DNA from: Octopus sinensis
Taxonomy: Eukaryota
DNA: 64,000 bases
NCBI RefSeq assembly: GCF_006345805.1
Contig: NC_043001.1
Span: 132,866,001-132,930,000 of the forward strand
Direction of reading: 5' to 3'
The position numbers and the translations under genes are program-made. The notes under the pieces were generated by a model that saw only the letters and a list, made by a program, of their open reading frames with translations, searched no databases and was not told the origin of the DNA. Of the stretch, positions 26,872 through 40,753 are shown in pieces; the first letter of the stretch is position 1; each line of letters starts with the position of its first letter.

Positions 26872-27130
26872 CATCATCATTTAACAGTCATGTTCCATGC
26901 TGACATGGGTTGGATGGTTTGACGGAAACCAATGAGTGCAGGGACCGCATCGTGTTCCAGTGTCTGCTTTGACATGGTTTCTATGGTTTTTTTATAATGC
27001 CAACCACTTTACATCATGTACTGGGTGCTTTTTCTGTGCCAGCTGCACTATTGAGGTTGCCACACCATTCATTGGACTATGAACCAGGGGAAGGTGGAAA
27101 ATAATTCAAGTGAGACAATGGCATGAATTT
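26872..27130 (-). mobile_element. Family C-tailed repeat, diverged
   Basis: catcatcatcatttaacagtcatgttccatgctgacatgggttggatgg. Confidence 0.7.
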
Positions 27131-27998
27131 TAGATAGTTAAGTTAAGGGGTAATATATTAAAAGATGTACAGGAAATATTCTGAATTTATTGAAAAAATA
27201 CAGTGGTAAATTGTTAGTACCACCTAAAGAACATGATGAGATAACTTCAATAAATTAAGGAGAGAATAGACTATAGTATGCTGAAAAGGTCCTATAAGAC
27301 TGAAAATGTCTTCATACATGTTACCTTGCTTGCAAAAAAAAATCAGATTTTCTCCTAAACATGTAAACAGATTTTGTGAAATTCATTCTCAATTACTTAA
27401 AATTATAGTCCCAATTCTTTAAGAGTAACTAACAATTGCTGCTAAGACTTTGTTTTCTTTCTCCAACTAATAGATAGATCTCAAATAATTTAGAATTTTT
27501 TGTCATTAAGCAACATCCCTATATAGACACTAACATGAAACCTATGTACTTGCATTCTTTCATGTGTTATTAGATTTGTGAGTGGTTGCATTGGGAGTAA
27601 TTTATTTTTTACTCCCATATTTGGAGTAGTTTTGTACTTTTGGCTGGCAAATGTTTAAAATGAGGATAATCATAGAAACTCTTAACTTATTTTACATCTC
27701 TTTACTCAAAAATCGAACTGCTACAGGCTGATCCCTTCCTTTGCAATGCATCATAAAACATAACACCTAAAGTCAGAGATATTTAAATGACACTTCCTTT
27801 TACTCCATAATTTTTACTTTGATACTTTTGCCAAGCACTTTTCTTCTAAAATAAAAATTTACTACACAATTTTTTAACATGTTAAAAATATTCTGTTTTC
27901 GACACATTGCTAATAGCTAAGAATGATAACACTGTAAAAATTATGGTGTTTTGGAGAGATGCAAAAAAACAAAGAAAACAAAGAAAAAAGAAATTAAG

Positions 27999-28001
<3 letters not shown>

Positions 28002-28058
<57 letters not shown>

Positions 28059-28063
28059 TAATA
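28002..28063. repeat. (AAT)n microsatellite
   Basis: Direct inspection. Confidence 0.95.
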
Positions 28064-28854
28064 ATAAAGCATTCATCAGCAGAAAAAGAAAAACTTTAAT
28101 TCTAGCCACAAATTTGCAACTTTTTACTGAACAAGCTATTAGATTACAAATGAGGATGATATAAAAATTATAATTCTGCATATCAAGAACGTGTTTTATG
28201 CTAATGAATATCAAAACTGGATATAAAATCAACATCATCATTATCACTGTCATCATCATCATCAGCAACACTACTTAAACACATTTCCACTATCCAGGAA
28301 ATAGTTTAATAGAACACACAAAAAGAAAAAGGAAAGGGGAAAAACCTATAATTTACAATAAATACATTTGTAGTAAATTCTTCAATTTTTTTTTTTATTA
28401 ATATAGATTACAAAAAAAAAATTAAAATATTAAAAAATAACTTTGAAACCTGGATATCAATAGAAATGTTATTTATTGCAGTAAATCTGTTAATTAATAT
28501 AAATATACTGCAAAGTATCAGAAATTACCAAACTAGATAATGATCAATTTTTATTTTATTTTTAATTACTCAGTTGACCAATTGAAACAACACAATTCAA
28601 GTGACTTAATGAGGAATGAAAATTAGAAAAGTAAAAAGTAAAATGTAAAAAAAAAATAAATAAAATTAAAATGAAATATAGTGTTTGAATCAATTTATGT
28701 TGTTTGAAACAAAAATAAGAAAGAAAAAAAGATTAACCTTAATTTAAAACAATTTACATACTGAAAAATAACTCGTCCTTTGATTATTAAACATTTAAAT
28801 ATTAAATTATTTTGAAAATATTGGTGATATATTTTTCATTCTATAAATTTATTT

Positions 28855-28866
28855 TTATTATTATTA

Positions 28867-28923
<57 letters not shown>

Positions 28924-29020
28924 TGTTATTATTATTGTTATTTTTACTTTTATTATTATTATTATTATTGTTATTATCATTTTCATTCTTATTATTATTA
29001 TCATTATTATTATAATTATG
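28855..29020. repeat. (TTA)n microsatellite, followed by a diverged SINE A head at ~29025-29215
   Basis: Direct inspection; gaggcgggtggattagtag...gagtttcaaatccc. Confidence 0.85.
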
Positions 29021-30126
29021 AGGCGGGTGGATTAGTAGCGCCATAAGAGTATCAGGCAAAATTCCTGGTAATGTCTGTTCTGGTGTTATACATTTTGAGT
29101 TTCAAATCCCACTGAGGCCAAACTTTGTCTTCCACCCTTCTGGAGTCAATAGAATTAAATGCTAATCAGATTCTAAGATTGATTTGATCAACTATCCCCT
29201 ACCCACTCCCAATTTCAAGCAGTACCCATGGAAATTCCATGGTAAATACAAAATTTTTTGTTGGTTATAAGTTTATATAGAGCTGTAAAAATTAGTGTTC
29301 CCTTATAAATTGTATATCCTGCATTATTTTCCCTTAAAAACACCTATCAGTTCTTCTGGATAATTAAGGGAGTATGACTTTCCCATTCTCTCAGCAGTTC
29401 AGAGGTTCATTTATAAATCTAAGAGCTTTACAAGTTGTTGTTTGTTGGCATCCTTTTGTCTCGGGAGACAATGGAGTTGTGCATAAACTAATTCAGTCTG
29501 ATTTTTACGTTTCATGTCCTCTCCAGTTTCCTCTCCAGCTTTGCGCAGGCCTGGACAAGATGTAAAAAAATTCTGGGTAGCCCAATCATCAGGATTCCTC
29601 TCTCGACATTGCTGACATAGTCCAAAAGAGTGCAGAGCATTACGTTTGACACCAGCTTGGTTGCAGGAGCTGCCAGAAGAGTGTCGAGTCGAACACTAAA
29701 CCGCCTACGGGGCTCCATTCCGGATTTCTTTGAAGGTTGTCTCCTTTCCGTAACCCTGGATGGGGGCCCATACCGGGTACTGTCAGCCAGAGCCAGCTGA
29801 GCCCGGGACTCATGCCAGGCAGGGTTGTCAATCCCTGAAGTAGTGAAGAAAATTGCTCCCCACTACTCACAAGAGCCTTACAATTATTACAGAGAATACT
29901 CATGTCACCAATGTTGTAACTTTCAACCATGTGTTTACAGTTTTTTTTAAATCTTTTTTTATGTTTTCTCTCATTTTCATTTTAAATTCTATCTTGAATA
30001 TATTTCTGATGCTCCCATGCTTGTTCTAGTGACTCGGCCCTCTGCTTCTCTGCACATCGTTATCTATACCCTCCATTCTTTCTCTTGTTAGCTTACATCA
30101 TCTGTCATCCATATTTTATAAACAAA

Positions 30127-30525
30127 CTAGCAGTATCGCCCGGCGTTGCTCGGGTTTGTAAGGGAAATAACTATATAAGCATTTTTAGAGAGTTATAGCC
30201 AAAAAATAGCAAAAAATGCATTAAAAATGGAAAAAAATGATGGTAAATTTTTTTTTTAAATCGTTGACTCATCGTAGACATTTTTAGAGAGTTACTTCCT
30301 TTATATAATAGCGAAAAAATGCATTAAAATGGAAAAAAATTATGGTAAATTATTTTTAAAATCGTAGACTCATCGTAGACACGTGCTAATACCCAGAAGG
30401 GCTCGATATGAATCACGACTATAAGATACCCGGTTTTGGTTAAACTGCACTGCAAAATGTGGGAGTAGTTAGGAATCTAAATCGTAGGAGACAGACACAC
30501 ACAACTTCACTTTTATATATAAAGA
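30127..30525 (-). mobile_element. Complete non-autonomous Helitron (~400 bp)
   Basis: Minus strand: A|TCTTTATATATAAAAG ... CCCGAGCAACGCCGGG (subterminal hairpin) CGATACTGCTAG|T. This gives 5' TC, 3' CTAG, insertion between A and T, and no TSD. There is an internal ~100-bp tandem duplication. Confidence 0.9.
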
Positions 30526-30682
30526 TATCAATTTTCAAGCAAGTAGACAATAAGTAATTGCACTTATACACATATGTTAAGTGTTAGGTGATATATAGAA
30601 TTTAGTTCAATTAAAAAAAAACAGTACATCTTCACTATCCACTCACCACCACCACTATTATCATCATTTTCTGTAACAAAGT

Positions 30683-31097
30683 TACTCTTTTACTCTTTTA
30701 TTTGTTTCACTCATTTGACTGCGGCCATGCTGGAGCACCGCCTTTAATCGAGCAACTCGACCTCGGGACTTATTCTTTTGTAATCCCAGTACTTATTCTA
30801 TCGGTCTCTTTTGCCAAACCGCTAAGTAACGGGGACATAAACACACCAGCATCGGTTGTCAAGCAATGCTAGGGGGACAAACACAGACACACAAACACAC
30901 ACACACGCATATATATATATATATACATATATACGACGGGCTTCTTTCAGTTTCCGTCTACCAAATCCACTCACAAGGCTTTGGTCGGCCCGAGGCTATA
31001 GTAGAAGACACTTGCCCAAGGTGCCACGCAGTGGGACTGAACCCGGAACCATGTGGTTGGTAAACAAGCTACTTACCACACAGCCACTCCTGCGCCT
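30683..31097 (-). mobile_element. SINE family B, full length, young
   Basis: Near-identical to 51550-51962 and 54835-55262. Confidence 0.9.
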
Positions 31098-31397
31098 AAG
31101 TTCAGTCTAAGTAGTTATTTGCCAACAGAGATTATCTCAGTTCAGTTCAATGCAGTTTATATCTACTTTTCTTGGTGTTAATACAAAGACTGAATAACAT
31201 TTTTTTTTAAAATAATAGCTTCCACAGCTATTTTGCTAAGTTATTTCACTTTCATTGAAAAATCTATCTTTCTATCTATAAGTTTATAATCATATCTAAT
31301 GTAAGCCTTCCTTCTTCCATCCAGCTATCAATGTATCTGTCGATGTGGATAGATAAACAGATCGACAGATAAAAGATATAAAAAATTGAATATTTAA

Positions 31398-31616
31398 CCC
31401 TTTAGTGTTCAGATTATTCAATCAAACATAATGTCTATTGATTCCCATTGATTTGAATTAATCATGCATTATCTCATATCTTCAATATCTTGATGGTGTA
31501 ATTACTTAATGTAGAATAACATTGTAGGGTAGGTGTGAGGGCCTGGATCTGGTCAGTTTGAACATAAAACAGATTAAATATTTTGGCCGGATATGGCCGG
31601 TTTAAATACTAAAGCG
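31398..31616 (+). mobile_element. piggyBac-like MITE with TTAA TSD
   Basis: TTAA(31394-97)|CCCTTTAG...CTAAAGCG|TTAA(31617-20). Confidence 0.9.
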
Positions 31617-31681
31617 TTAAGTGTTATTTTCTTGTCGGTTACAATAATATACAATGTTTAAAATTTCACTCTGCTAAACAC

Positions 31682-31734
<53 letters not shown>

Positions 31735-32493
31735 ACCTCATACTTCAACAAACTTTTTAACCATATCATCCCCTCTTCACATCATTATCATTTCTTTCTT
31801 TCTTTTTCTCTCCACCTCTCACTTCCACTAACCACATGATAGCTTAATGCATTAGCTGGCAATAACATCGCTACTCTCTCCCCCTCTCCCTCTCCCTCTC
31901 TCTCTCTCTTCACTCTCTATTTACTCTTCTTTACCACCAGAACATCACCTCTCTGCTGAACATTGCATTCTAACTCTCTTTATATTACTCCCTTTAACTA
32001 ATTTTTTAACCACGTAATAACTATTACATTCCACTTACCTCAAGTCATTAACACTTCACTTTCCCACTCTCTCACTCTCGCCTTTCCTTTCAGCCAATCA
32101 CATGACAGTATAACACATTTTAGCCTTAACATATTAATATACAGATGGTTTCAAAGACACAAGGCTAGCAATTTTAGGGGAGAGGCGGTCAGTCAATTAC
32201 ATATAATTATATATAAACTCCAGTGCTTTGACTGGTATTTTATTTTGTCAACACTGAAATAATGAAAGGCTGGGATTTGAACTCAGAGCATAAAAAGTCG
32301 GAAGAAATATCAAGTATTTTGTCTGATACTAACAATTCTGCTTTGTTGTTGTATAGGAGGAGGAAGGGAAGGAGGAGGAAGCATGTTTCTAATAATAGGC
32401 ATAAGGCTAGCAGCCCGTTCAACCTTTTTCATTTGCTACATCATAACTTTAATTTTCAAAATATAGACTGACAACAGCAATATATAAACTGTA

Positions 32494-32600
<107 letters not shown>

Positions 32601-32712
32601 TATCAATTAAATATAAGGATAAAATCTATATAAGATTTTATCAAGTAGCCAGCATCCCTTTCCAGCGTGTGGCTTTAATTATAGTAACAGCCTTTAATGT
32701 AATATACGTATA

Positions 32713-33601
32713 CAAGGGGGTAACCAAAAATAACTGGAAATGTTCTCTGTGGAATAATCCCATTGTAGTTCAGGCTTCTGCTGCTAGAAGCCACTTGATG
32801 TAACTCTCAGACATCAGTCTGCTGACCAGTGTCATCCAGTGGGATCGTATTGCCATGTGGTACATTTTTGTTTTGTAGTGCTTCTCCCTTGTTCATCAAT
32901 TTTTGCAGTAGCTGAAACAAAGGAACGATGTGCTTCCGTGAAATTCTGTTTTCTGCTGGAGAAAATGGTGGCTGAAACAGCTGTCATGCTTCAAACGGCT
33001 TACAAAGATGCTGCCATGAGCAAAACACAAGTTTACAAGTGGTTTTCATGCTTTAGGAATGGTCACTTAAAGCTTGAAGACCAACCTTGTTCAAGACAAC
33101 TGTTGATCTCTCAAATGAAAGAAAACAGCACGAAAATTCATAAACTGATCTTGAAGGACTGTTGCTAAACAATTGACAAACTTGTTGATGTGATTGGTGT
33201 CCTGGAGCTCCTGCCAGCAAATTTTGAGTGAGGAATTGCAAATGAAAAGAGTTGCAGCAAAATTTGTGCCTCACTTGCTCACAGAAGATCAAAAGCAGTT
33301 ACAAATGAAAAAACAGTTGGAAGTTGATCCAGACTTTTTTTTTCAAAAGTCATCACTGTTGGTGAAAGCTGGTGCTATGGAATTTGCAGATGTGGAAGAG
33401 GGAAAGAAAAAATGATGGAGGCATTTTAAAAGGCATCACTTTGCATGAGTTCCAGCACTGTTTTGAGCAGTGGAAAATGCATCTGGATTGATGCATTGCT
33501 TCAAATGGAGAATACTTTAAAGATGAGAAAAGTGTAAACATGTAAAATTAAGTGAATAAAATAACATTGCAAAATTCTGATTTCGATTGGGTATCCCCTT
33601 C
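32713..33601 (+). mobile_element. Internally deleted mariner-type transposon
   Basis: ERCASVKFCFLL...YKDAAMSKTQVYKWF..F.NG...LED (HTH); VSWSSCQQILSEELQMKRVAAKFVPHLLT; C-terminal FQHCFEQWK...CIASNGEYFK. Degenerate TIRs caagggggtaaccaa / ttgggtatccccttc with TA flanks. Confidence 0.85.
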
Positions 33602-34847
33602 TATACATATATCATCTAAAAAAAAAAGTAAGTTTAAAATGTGAATTGTCAAATCAATAAACAAATTCTTCTAACTGGATATTTAAAAGCCCCAAACCTT
33701 TTAAGTTTTAAATAAAATAATTTAACAACTGATAATAGTTAACTCTCTTCATAAATCTTAGGTAGAATGTCAACCCCTGTACTTGAGTGGTAATTTATTT
33801 TATCAGCCCTGGAAGCATGAAAGATAAAGTTGATCTCAGTAGAATTTAAGCTAAGAAAGTAAAGTGGCATAGCTAAATGCAACAGGATATTTTGTCCAAT
33901 GTTCTATCAATTCAGCCAAATATATCTATAAAAGTAGCCAAATTAGAGGAGTGCTAATTAGGATGCCTGATAGAGTGAGATCATGAGTTCAATTATACTG
34001 GGGTGACTTTACTGTTCATTATTTCAGGTTCTATAAAATAGCAGTGATAAAATATGGTCTATTCAAGGGCCTTGCCATAACAAAATTATGGTTGTCTGCC
34101 ATCATAAGAAACTATCGTTATTTGGTCCAAGTCAACCTACATCAAACAGACCTTGACCAATACCATCCAGTAATCTGTCTAGTATTATATTGTGTAAATT
34201 AATAAGCCTGCAACACAGCTTACATAGCCAGGGGAAAGATATGAGTATCTTTGACAAAATGACCATGCCAGATATGATGGTCCCATTTACATAGAGAGGG
34301 CAAAAAAAAAATGAATGGTTCAATAGGAAGCAAGAGTGTAGCCTGTTTTACAAGTCAACTAGAGCAATCAGAGTTAGGTACCTTTCACAGAGGTAGAACT
34401 TAATTCCAATAGCAGGATCCTATAAGCATGTATTTAGAAGTCCAGTATCACAGATTACATCAAATGTAGCATATTTGTATATCATAGACATATATTTGGC
34501 AAATTAACTTGATACATTTAAGCATATCTAAATATTACATATTGGCTTACACAGACCACAATAAAGAATGAGAACGCCTTCAGAAATCATTTGTAATTTT
34601 GATATATATTGGTGTCTGACAATAGCTAAGCTGAAGTAAAGCCCTAGATTCCTCCTTCAATGTCTAAACATGCTTTAGAAAATCTATTTAAAATAATATC
34701 CTAGCACTGACCTGTCCTTGGACAAAATTATATATATTTTTATTTACATTTGAGTAAGAAAACATAAGATATATTTCAATATTGCAGCTGGTGACAAACA
34801 GAAATAGACTGAAATTAAGATTTTTAATTACTCATATTACACACACA

Positions 34848-34849
<2 letters not shown>

Positions 34850-34935
<86 letters not shown>

Positions 34936-34990
34936 CTTTCTCTCTCTTCTCTCTCTCTCTCTCTCTCTCTATTTATCTCTCCCCCACCTC
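34850..34990. repeat. (CT)n/(CTAT)n microsatellite
   Basis: Direct inspection. Confidence 0.95.
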
Positions 34991-35624
34991 TCTCTCCTTC
35001 TCTCTTCAGGTTTTCAATCAAGAAATTTCTTCTTCATTATTATGTTTACACTTATACATATATTGAATTAAATAATACATTAACTTCATGAAATCTGCCT
35101 CAACATAGCAAAATACAATTTCTTTTGAGAGCATGGCTGGCCACTATGTTTTGTTGAGTAGAGTAGTAGGTAACGAACCAAGCAGTGAGCAGTTTGTCTC
35201 TTTTCAATAGTGCTGTTGAGTCAACACCTAAGGCTTCTAACATTCACATGACTTTAACGATAAGAAATACTAACAGGTAGTCAATACTGAAAACCACAGA
35301 AATACTGTAAAATTAGCAAGTTCTACATTAGCTTGTTATTACTGTGTTCAGTTCCTCCTGTGAGTATAGCATGGAGAAAACTGGATACCCTTTAAATGAA
35401 CAACCTAAAATGGAACCAATACTAATACCTACGTTCTGGACTGTTAAATCAGGTGAGAGATAAATAGCCCTCTAGACAGGGAGTTGGCCTATTGCAAAAA
35501 GTTTCTCCTGCTCATGGAATTAAATTCAGCCCCACAAACAAACAAATGACTAATTCAATATTACTGTAGTTAGTTACAGTGAATTACACCTCTCACAATC
35601 AAACCAACAAGAGAACTTTTGTAT

Positions 35625-35830
35625 GGTCACTCAACCAGCTAGAAATAGAAACCAAATCTCCCTCAAATCTTACAAAAGTACCTTAAAAAAAGAATACTAC
35701 ATTCAACAATGTAGTCCTAAGATGCATTGTCTGAATGAAAGACAAGGCAGACATGACTGAACTGACATATTTTTGACCATAGGTTTGCTACATCAAGGCT
35801 AACTTGGGGCTAAACAATAACAACAATCGC
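35625..35830 (+). repeat. Family F copy with (AAC)n tail
   Basis: ggtcactcaaccagctagaaatagaaaccaaatctccctcaaat...ggggctaaacaataacaac. Confidence 0.55.
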
Positions 35831-36234
35831 AACAAGGAACTCTTTATGGGGTCAGTCAACCAGTTAAAATTCACCATCAGAATATAAATGCTATGAATTT
35901 AATACATTCAGAAATATAGTAAACCATTCAATGTAGACAGAAATAGTCTAGAAGGGATATTACCAGAACACCTTTGCTGCACGAAATATCCAGTTGCTTT
36001 TTTTTTTTTTTTTGATTTTTTCTAATACATTTCAATAATTTTAAGGCAGATAAAACATATATCAAAATAATTGGAAACATGGAGTTTATAAATCAATATG
36101 AATTTCAACTTTTGAAATTACACAATGTTTACTTTCAAATTCTGAAGATATGAAATAATAAAAATCTATATAAACTTTTTTGGCATCACCAAAGTCAATA
36201 AACATTGTAAAGTTTCCTTTCATTTTCAACACAC

Positions 36235-36875
36235 ATGCACGGATATATATGCACACTCATCACACATATACACACACACATATACACACACACATATACA
36301 CACAAATATATATGCACACTCATCACACATATACACACACACATATACACACAGATATATATGCACACTCATCACACATATACACACACACATATACACA
36401 CAGATATATATGCACACTCATTACACATATACACACATATACACACAGATATATATGCACACTCATCACACATATACACACACACATATACACACAGATA
36501 TATATGCACACTCATTACACATATACACACATATACACACACATATACACACATATACACACACATATACACACACATATACACACATATACACACAGAT
36601 ATAAATGCACACTCATCACACATATACACATACACACATACACACAGATATATATGCACACTCATCACACATATACACACACACATATACACACAGATAT
36701 ATATGCACACTCATCACACATATACACACACACATATACACACAGATATATATGCACACTCATCACACATATACACACACACATATACACACAGATATAT
36801 ATGCACACTCATCACACATATACACACACACACATACTCACAGATATATATGCACACTCATCACACGCACTCTCT
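36235..36875. repeat. Minisatellite, 12 copies of a mostly 49-bp unit built from TA/CA repeats
   Basis: atgcacactcat recurs at 36249, 36312, 36361, 36410, 36455, 36504, 36605, 36654, 36703, 36752, 36801 and 36850. Confidence 0.95.
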
Positions 36876-37807
36876 CTCACACACACACACAAATATACAC
36901 AGACATTCACACACGTACACACAAAAGCAAATAGATAAGTCTTGAATAAGATTTGTCTTTGGCTATATACTCTAGAATTCCATCTAAACATAGACAAAAG
37001 TAAATAAATGATAGAAATTCCAGGCACATAGGAAGAAAGATTTAATTTCAAAATTCTTCCTTCGTATTTCAGTGGGTCGATATTTTCAGAGAAATTCACT
37101 TCAAATATTGACAGTAGATGCTGTATGTTGGCACATTCTAAGATAAGTTTTAAGAAGATTTACCCAGCACTCAACTTAAAGTAAATATGGTAAATATATA
37201 AAAGAAAACAAGAAAAAAGAAACAGAGACAGGAGACCTTCAGCAGTTTTCAGTCTCATTTCAGATGCCACAAGACCACAAGTCTGACTTAAATCCGATTT
37301 TTGTTTCTTTATTATTATTATCATTTTAAAAAAGTAAACACAATTTCTTTTTTTAAATCTTTGGCAGCTAAATAAGTAAGAGATTCAAACAAATGTATAA
37401 GGAAATTTAATGTGGCTTTTCATGCTTCTCAATACATAGGTTGGAGGGTATGTCAAGAATTATATGTATCATTGATATGTATAATATAAGCTCTTCATTA
37501 TTGGCTGGTTGGGGAGAAGTGGGAGATTGTTTGCATTATTTAGCCAATAGTAATAAAATTCAAAGATACAAAAGAAGCTGATGTAGCTGAAGTGTCTACT
37601 GCCGCACATATATGTGGTAATTATTATCAGCTAATCAATAATTTTTAACATATAAGCATAGTATTAATAATAATAAGGATATCTAAATTTGATAAAAAAA
37701 AAATAAGTTTCATATATGTTGATATGGTTTATAAAGAATTGAACCTTCTCTCATGGTATTACAGGTACATATTTTAGTGACCCCAGAAAAGAGAAAACTA
37801 GAGTAAT

Positions 37808-37842
<35 letters not shown>

Positions 37843-38014
37843 TTAGCATCCGCTTTCAATGCTAGCATGGGTTGGACGGTTCAACTGGGGTCTGTGAAGC
37901 CAGAAGGCTGCATCAGGCCCAGTCTGATCTGGCAGTGTTTCTACGGCTGGATGCTCTTCCTAACGCCAACCACTCCGTGAGTGTAGTGGGTGCTTTTTAC
38001 GTGCCACCCGCACA
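37808..38014 (-). mobile_element. RTE 3' end copy (family C)
   Basis: (CAT)n followed by the reverse-complement family C tail. Confidence 0.9.
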
Positions 38015-38609
38015 GAATAATTAAATAGGCTCATAATAATAATGCATCATAATAATTAAATAGCAACACTACACACATCAAGTCTTACAATCAAGCAAGG
38101 AACCTCTGTGTAGCTATCTGAACCACTAGTAATTGTACCAAAATCCATTACAAATCACACCCTAGCAGCTAAAAAACCAAGGACATGTTCTTATCTACTC
38201 TAGGCACAAGGCCCGAAAAACGAAGGACATATTGGACAATGTTGTCTTAGATATACAAAAAAAATGAAATGGCCATGACTGGAGTGTCATTGGTCATTGA
38301 TATGTGCTAACCTGGTGTTAAATAACTACAGCAACAGAAACATTGAGTGAGACAAATTTGCTGAACTCTCTCCTGTTTCTGTCGTCTACTACCATCTACA
38401 CTTTCTACAACTTGTTACAAAGGATTTTAAAAGAAATTTTATGGTGGTGTATATACAAATTTATATAAAGCTGAGAGTGGAGCAAGAGACACTGTTTAAT
38501 ATATACAGATATATTAAAAATGGGCTTTAAGAATTAAATTTATATATATATATCTTTATATATATGTATATGTATATATGTGTGTGTGTGTATGTATATA
38601 TATATATAC

Positions 38610-38770
38610 ACTCTTGGAGTGGTTGGCGTTAGGAAGGGCATCCAGCTGTAGAAACACTGCCAGATCTGACTGGCCTGGTGCAGCCTTCGGGCTTCCCAGA
38701 CCCCAGTTGAACCGTCCAACCCATGCTAGCATGGAAAGCGGACGTTAAACGATGATGATGATGATGATGA
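38610..38770 (+). mobile_element. RTE 3' end copy (family C)
   Basis: Family C tail plus (GAT)n. Confidence 0.9.
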
Positions 38771-38952
38771 TATATATTTTCCTTTGGGGCTGCCCAGGTC
38801 GGAGCAATCTCAAGATTAATCAGCCGAAATTGCGAAGATGATCCGGTTCTTGACTGAAGATTGAAGGCTTCGAATGTCCCGTCCGTGTTTTTTGTGTCGT
38901 CTTCTAATGTTTCACGTTCTTGTCCCAGTTTGTATATTTTTTTTACTTTTAC

Positions 38953-38983
<31 letters not shown>

Positions 38984-40521
38984 CACACACACATATATAT
39001 ATACACGTACATGCACACTAGTGGTGCATGTGTGGTTGAAATTTGCTTACACCTAAGTGATTTGGGATTCAGTCTCATTGCATAGTACCTTGGGGTTTTA
39101 TCCTATTGCTCTATGATGGCCAATACCATGTGAGGAAATTTGACAAATGGAACATGCAGGAAGCCCATCATGTGCACGTGTGTGCATGTGTATGTGCATG
39201 TGCACATGTGTGCATGTTTGCATGTTTGCATGCAAATGTAAGGATGACATGAATGTATGAAGATATTTATATTATACACCCACTCATTGCCTGAACAAAG
39301 CTATGCCAGTGTTTATATTCCTTGGCAATATTAAGAAATAAAAATAAAATACTAAACAAGACAAATAAACAGGGGAATTACTACCAGGGGTTTGATTGAA
39401 AGAGTCTATTACCCAAACAATCTTGCACTTCTAGGTTCTTATAATGTTCACTTCCAAGAAAAGTTGCTGTCAGACTGAATGAAAAAAAGCTCCATAACCT
39501 GAGTTTAATGCTTAACAGTTCATGGGTCTGTAATGTGGTTTTCACTAGCAGCCTATTTTTTGCATGAGCCATATAACCAGATCCCTTCTCACACAAATCT
39601 GCACTTTATTTTTCCCTCATTGCATTTTGCAATTTCTTTAAATCATCTATCAGTTAGTCATTTGCTATTAGATATAATGTCAAATTCATACTTTTCCTAG
39701 AGAAGAAGGGCTCCTCATCACACATTCTGCTCAGATTTTGTTTAGATGTTTCTTTTTTCTTATGATGATGACGATGTTGATTATGATTTATAATTGTCTC
39801 CCAACAGTTCCCTGCCCATTTTCTTTTCTCATGCTTTCCTGTCATCTTGCAATTATGAGATGGTACTTTTTGTTCAGGGAGATGGGGGTGCCCAAGTCAT
39901 CATTCCTTTGTTACTGAGAACAGGATGATATCTGGGATGGTACTTTTTTTTGTTCAGGGAAATTGGGGTACCCTAGTCATCAGTTTTTTGTTACTGCGAA
40001 CAGGGTGATTTTTTTTGCTAATCTCAGAACTACAACTGGTGTTGCTCTGAAAACAGTAGCTTCTGAGACCTTGGATATCATTGTTGTTCCCTTTCTTTTT
40101 TTCACAGATTTTCCTGCTCTCCTGGATAGAAAGCCCTTGAGTGGCCTTTACTGCTACATGTATAACAGCGCAGCTGTTATACAAGCCCATATTTTGCTTA
40201 CAGTCCTTGCCTGGCAGATGTTCAAGCCAAACATCATTCAAGTCAATCTAACTAAACTTATAGACCTGCAAATTAAAAAAACAACTCACTGTGTGGCACC
40301 TTCTATTATAGCCCAAGGTCATCCAAAGCCTTGTGAGTACATCTGGTAGACAGAAACTAAATGAAGCCTGTCATATATATATATATGATGAAGAAAAAGA
40401 TGTGTGTGTGCATGCATGCATGTGTGCATGCATGCATGTGTGCGTACATGCATGTGTGCATGCAAGCATGTGTGCGCATGCATGTGTGCATGCAAGCATG
40501 TGTGTGGATGTGTGTGTCTTT

Positions 40522-40753
40522 AGGCGGTGAGCTGGCAGAGACGTTAGCACGCCGGGCAAAATGCTTACCGGTATTTCATCTGCCGTTACGTTGTGAGTTC
40601 AAATTCCGCCGAGGTCGACTTTGCCTTTCATCCTTTCGAGGTCGATAAATTAAGTACCAGTTACGCACTGGGGTCGATGTAATCGACTTAATACCTATGT
40701 CTGTCCTTGTTTGTCCCCTCTATGTTTTGCCCCTTGTGGGTAATAAAGAAATA
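40522..40753 (+). mobile_element. SINE family A with 16-bp TSD
   Basis: ggatgtgtgtgtcttt at 40506-40521 and 40754-40769. Confidence 0.95.

Noticed and set aside
38845-38885. CTGAAGA...GAAT in an unclassified repeat fragment
   Set aside because: GAAT rather than GAAA, and the stems cannot be formed.
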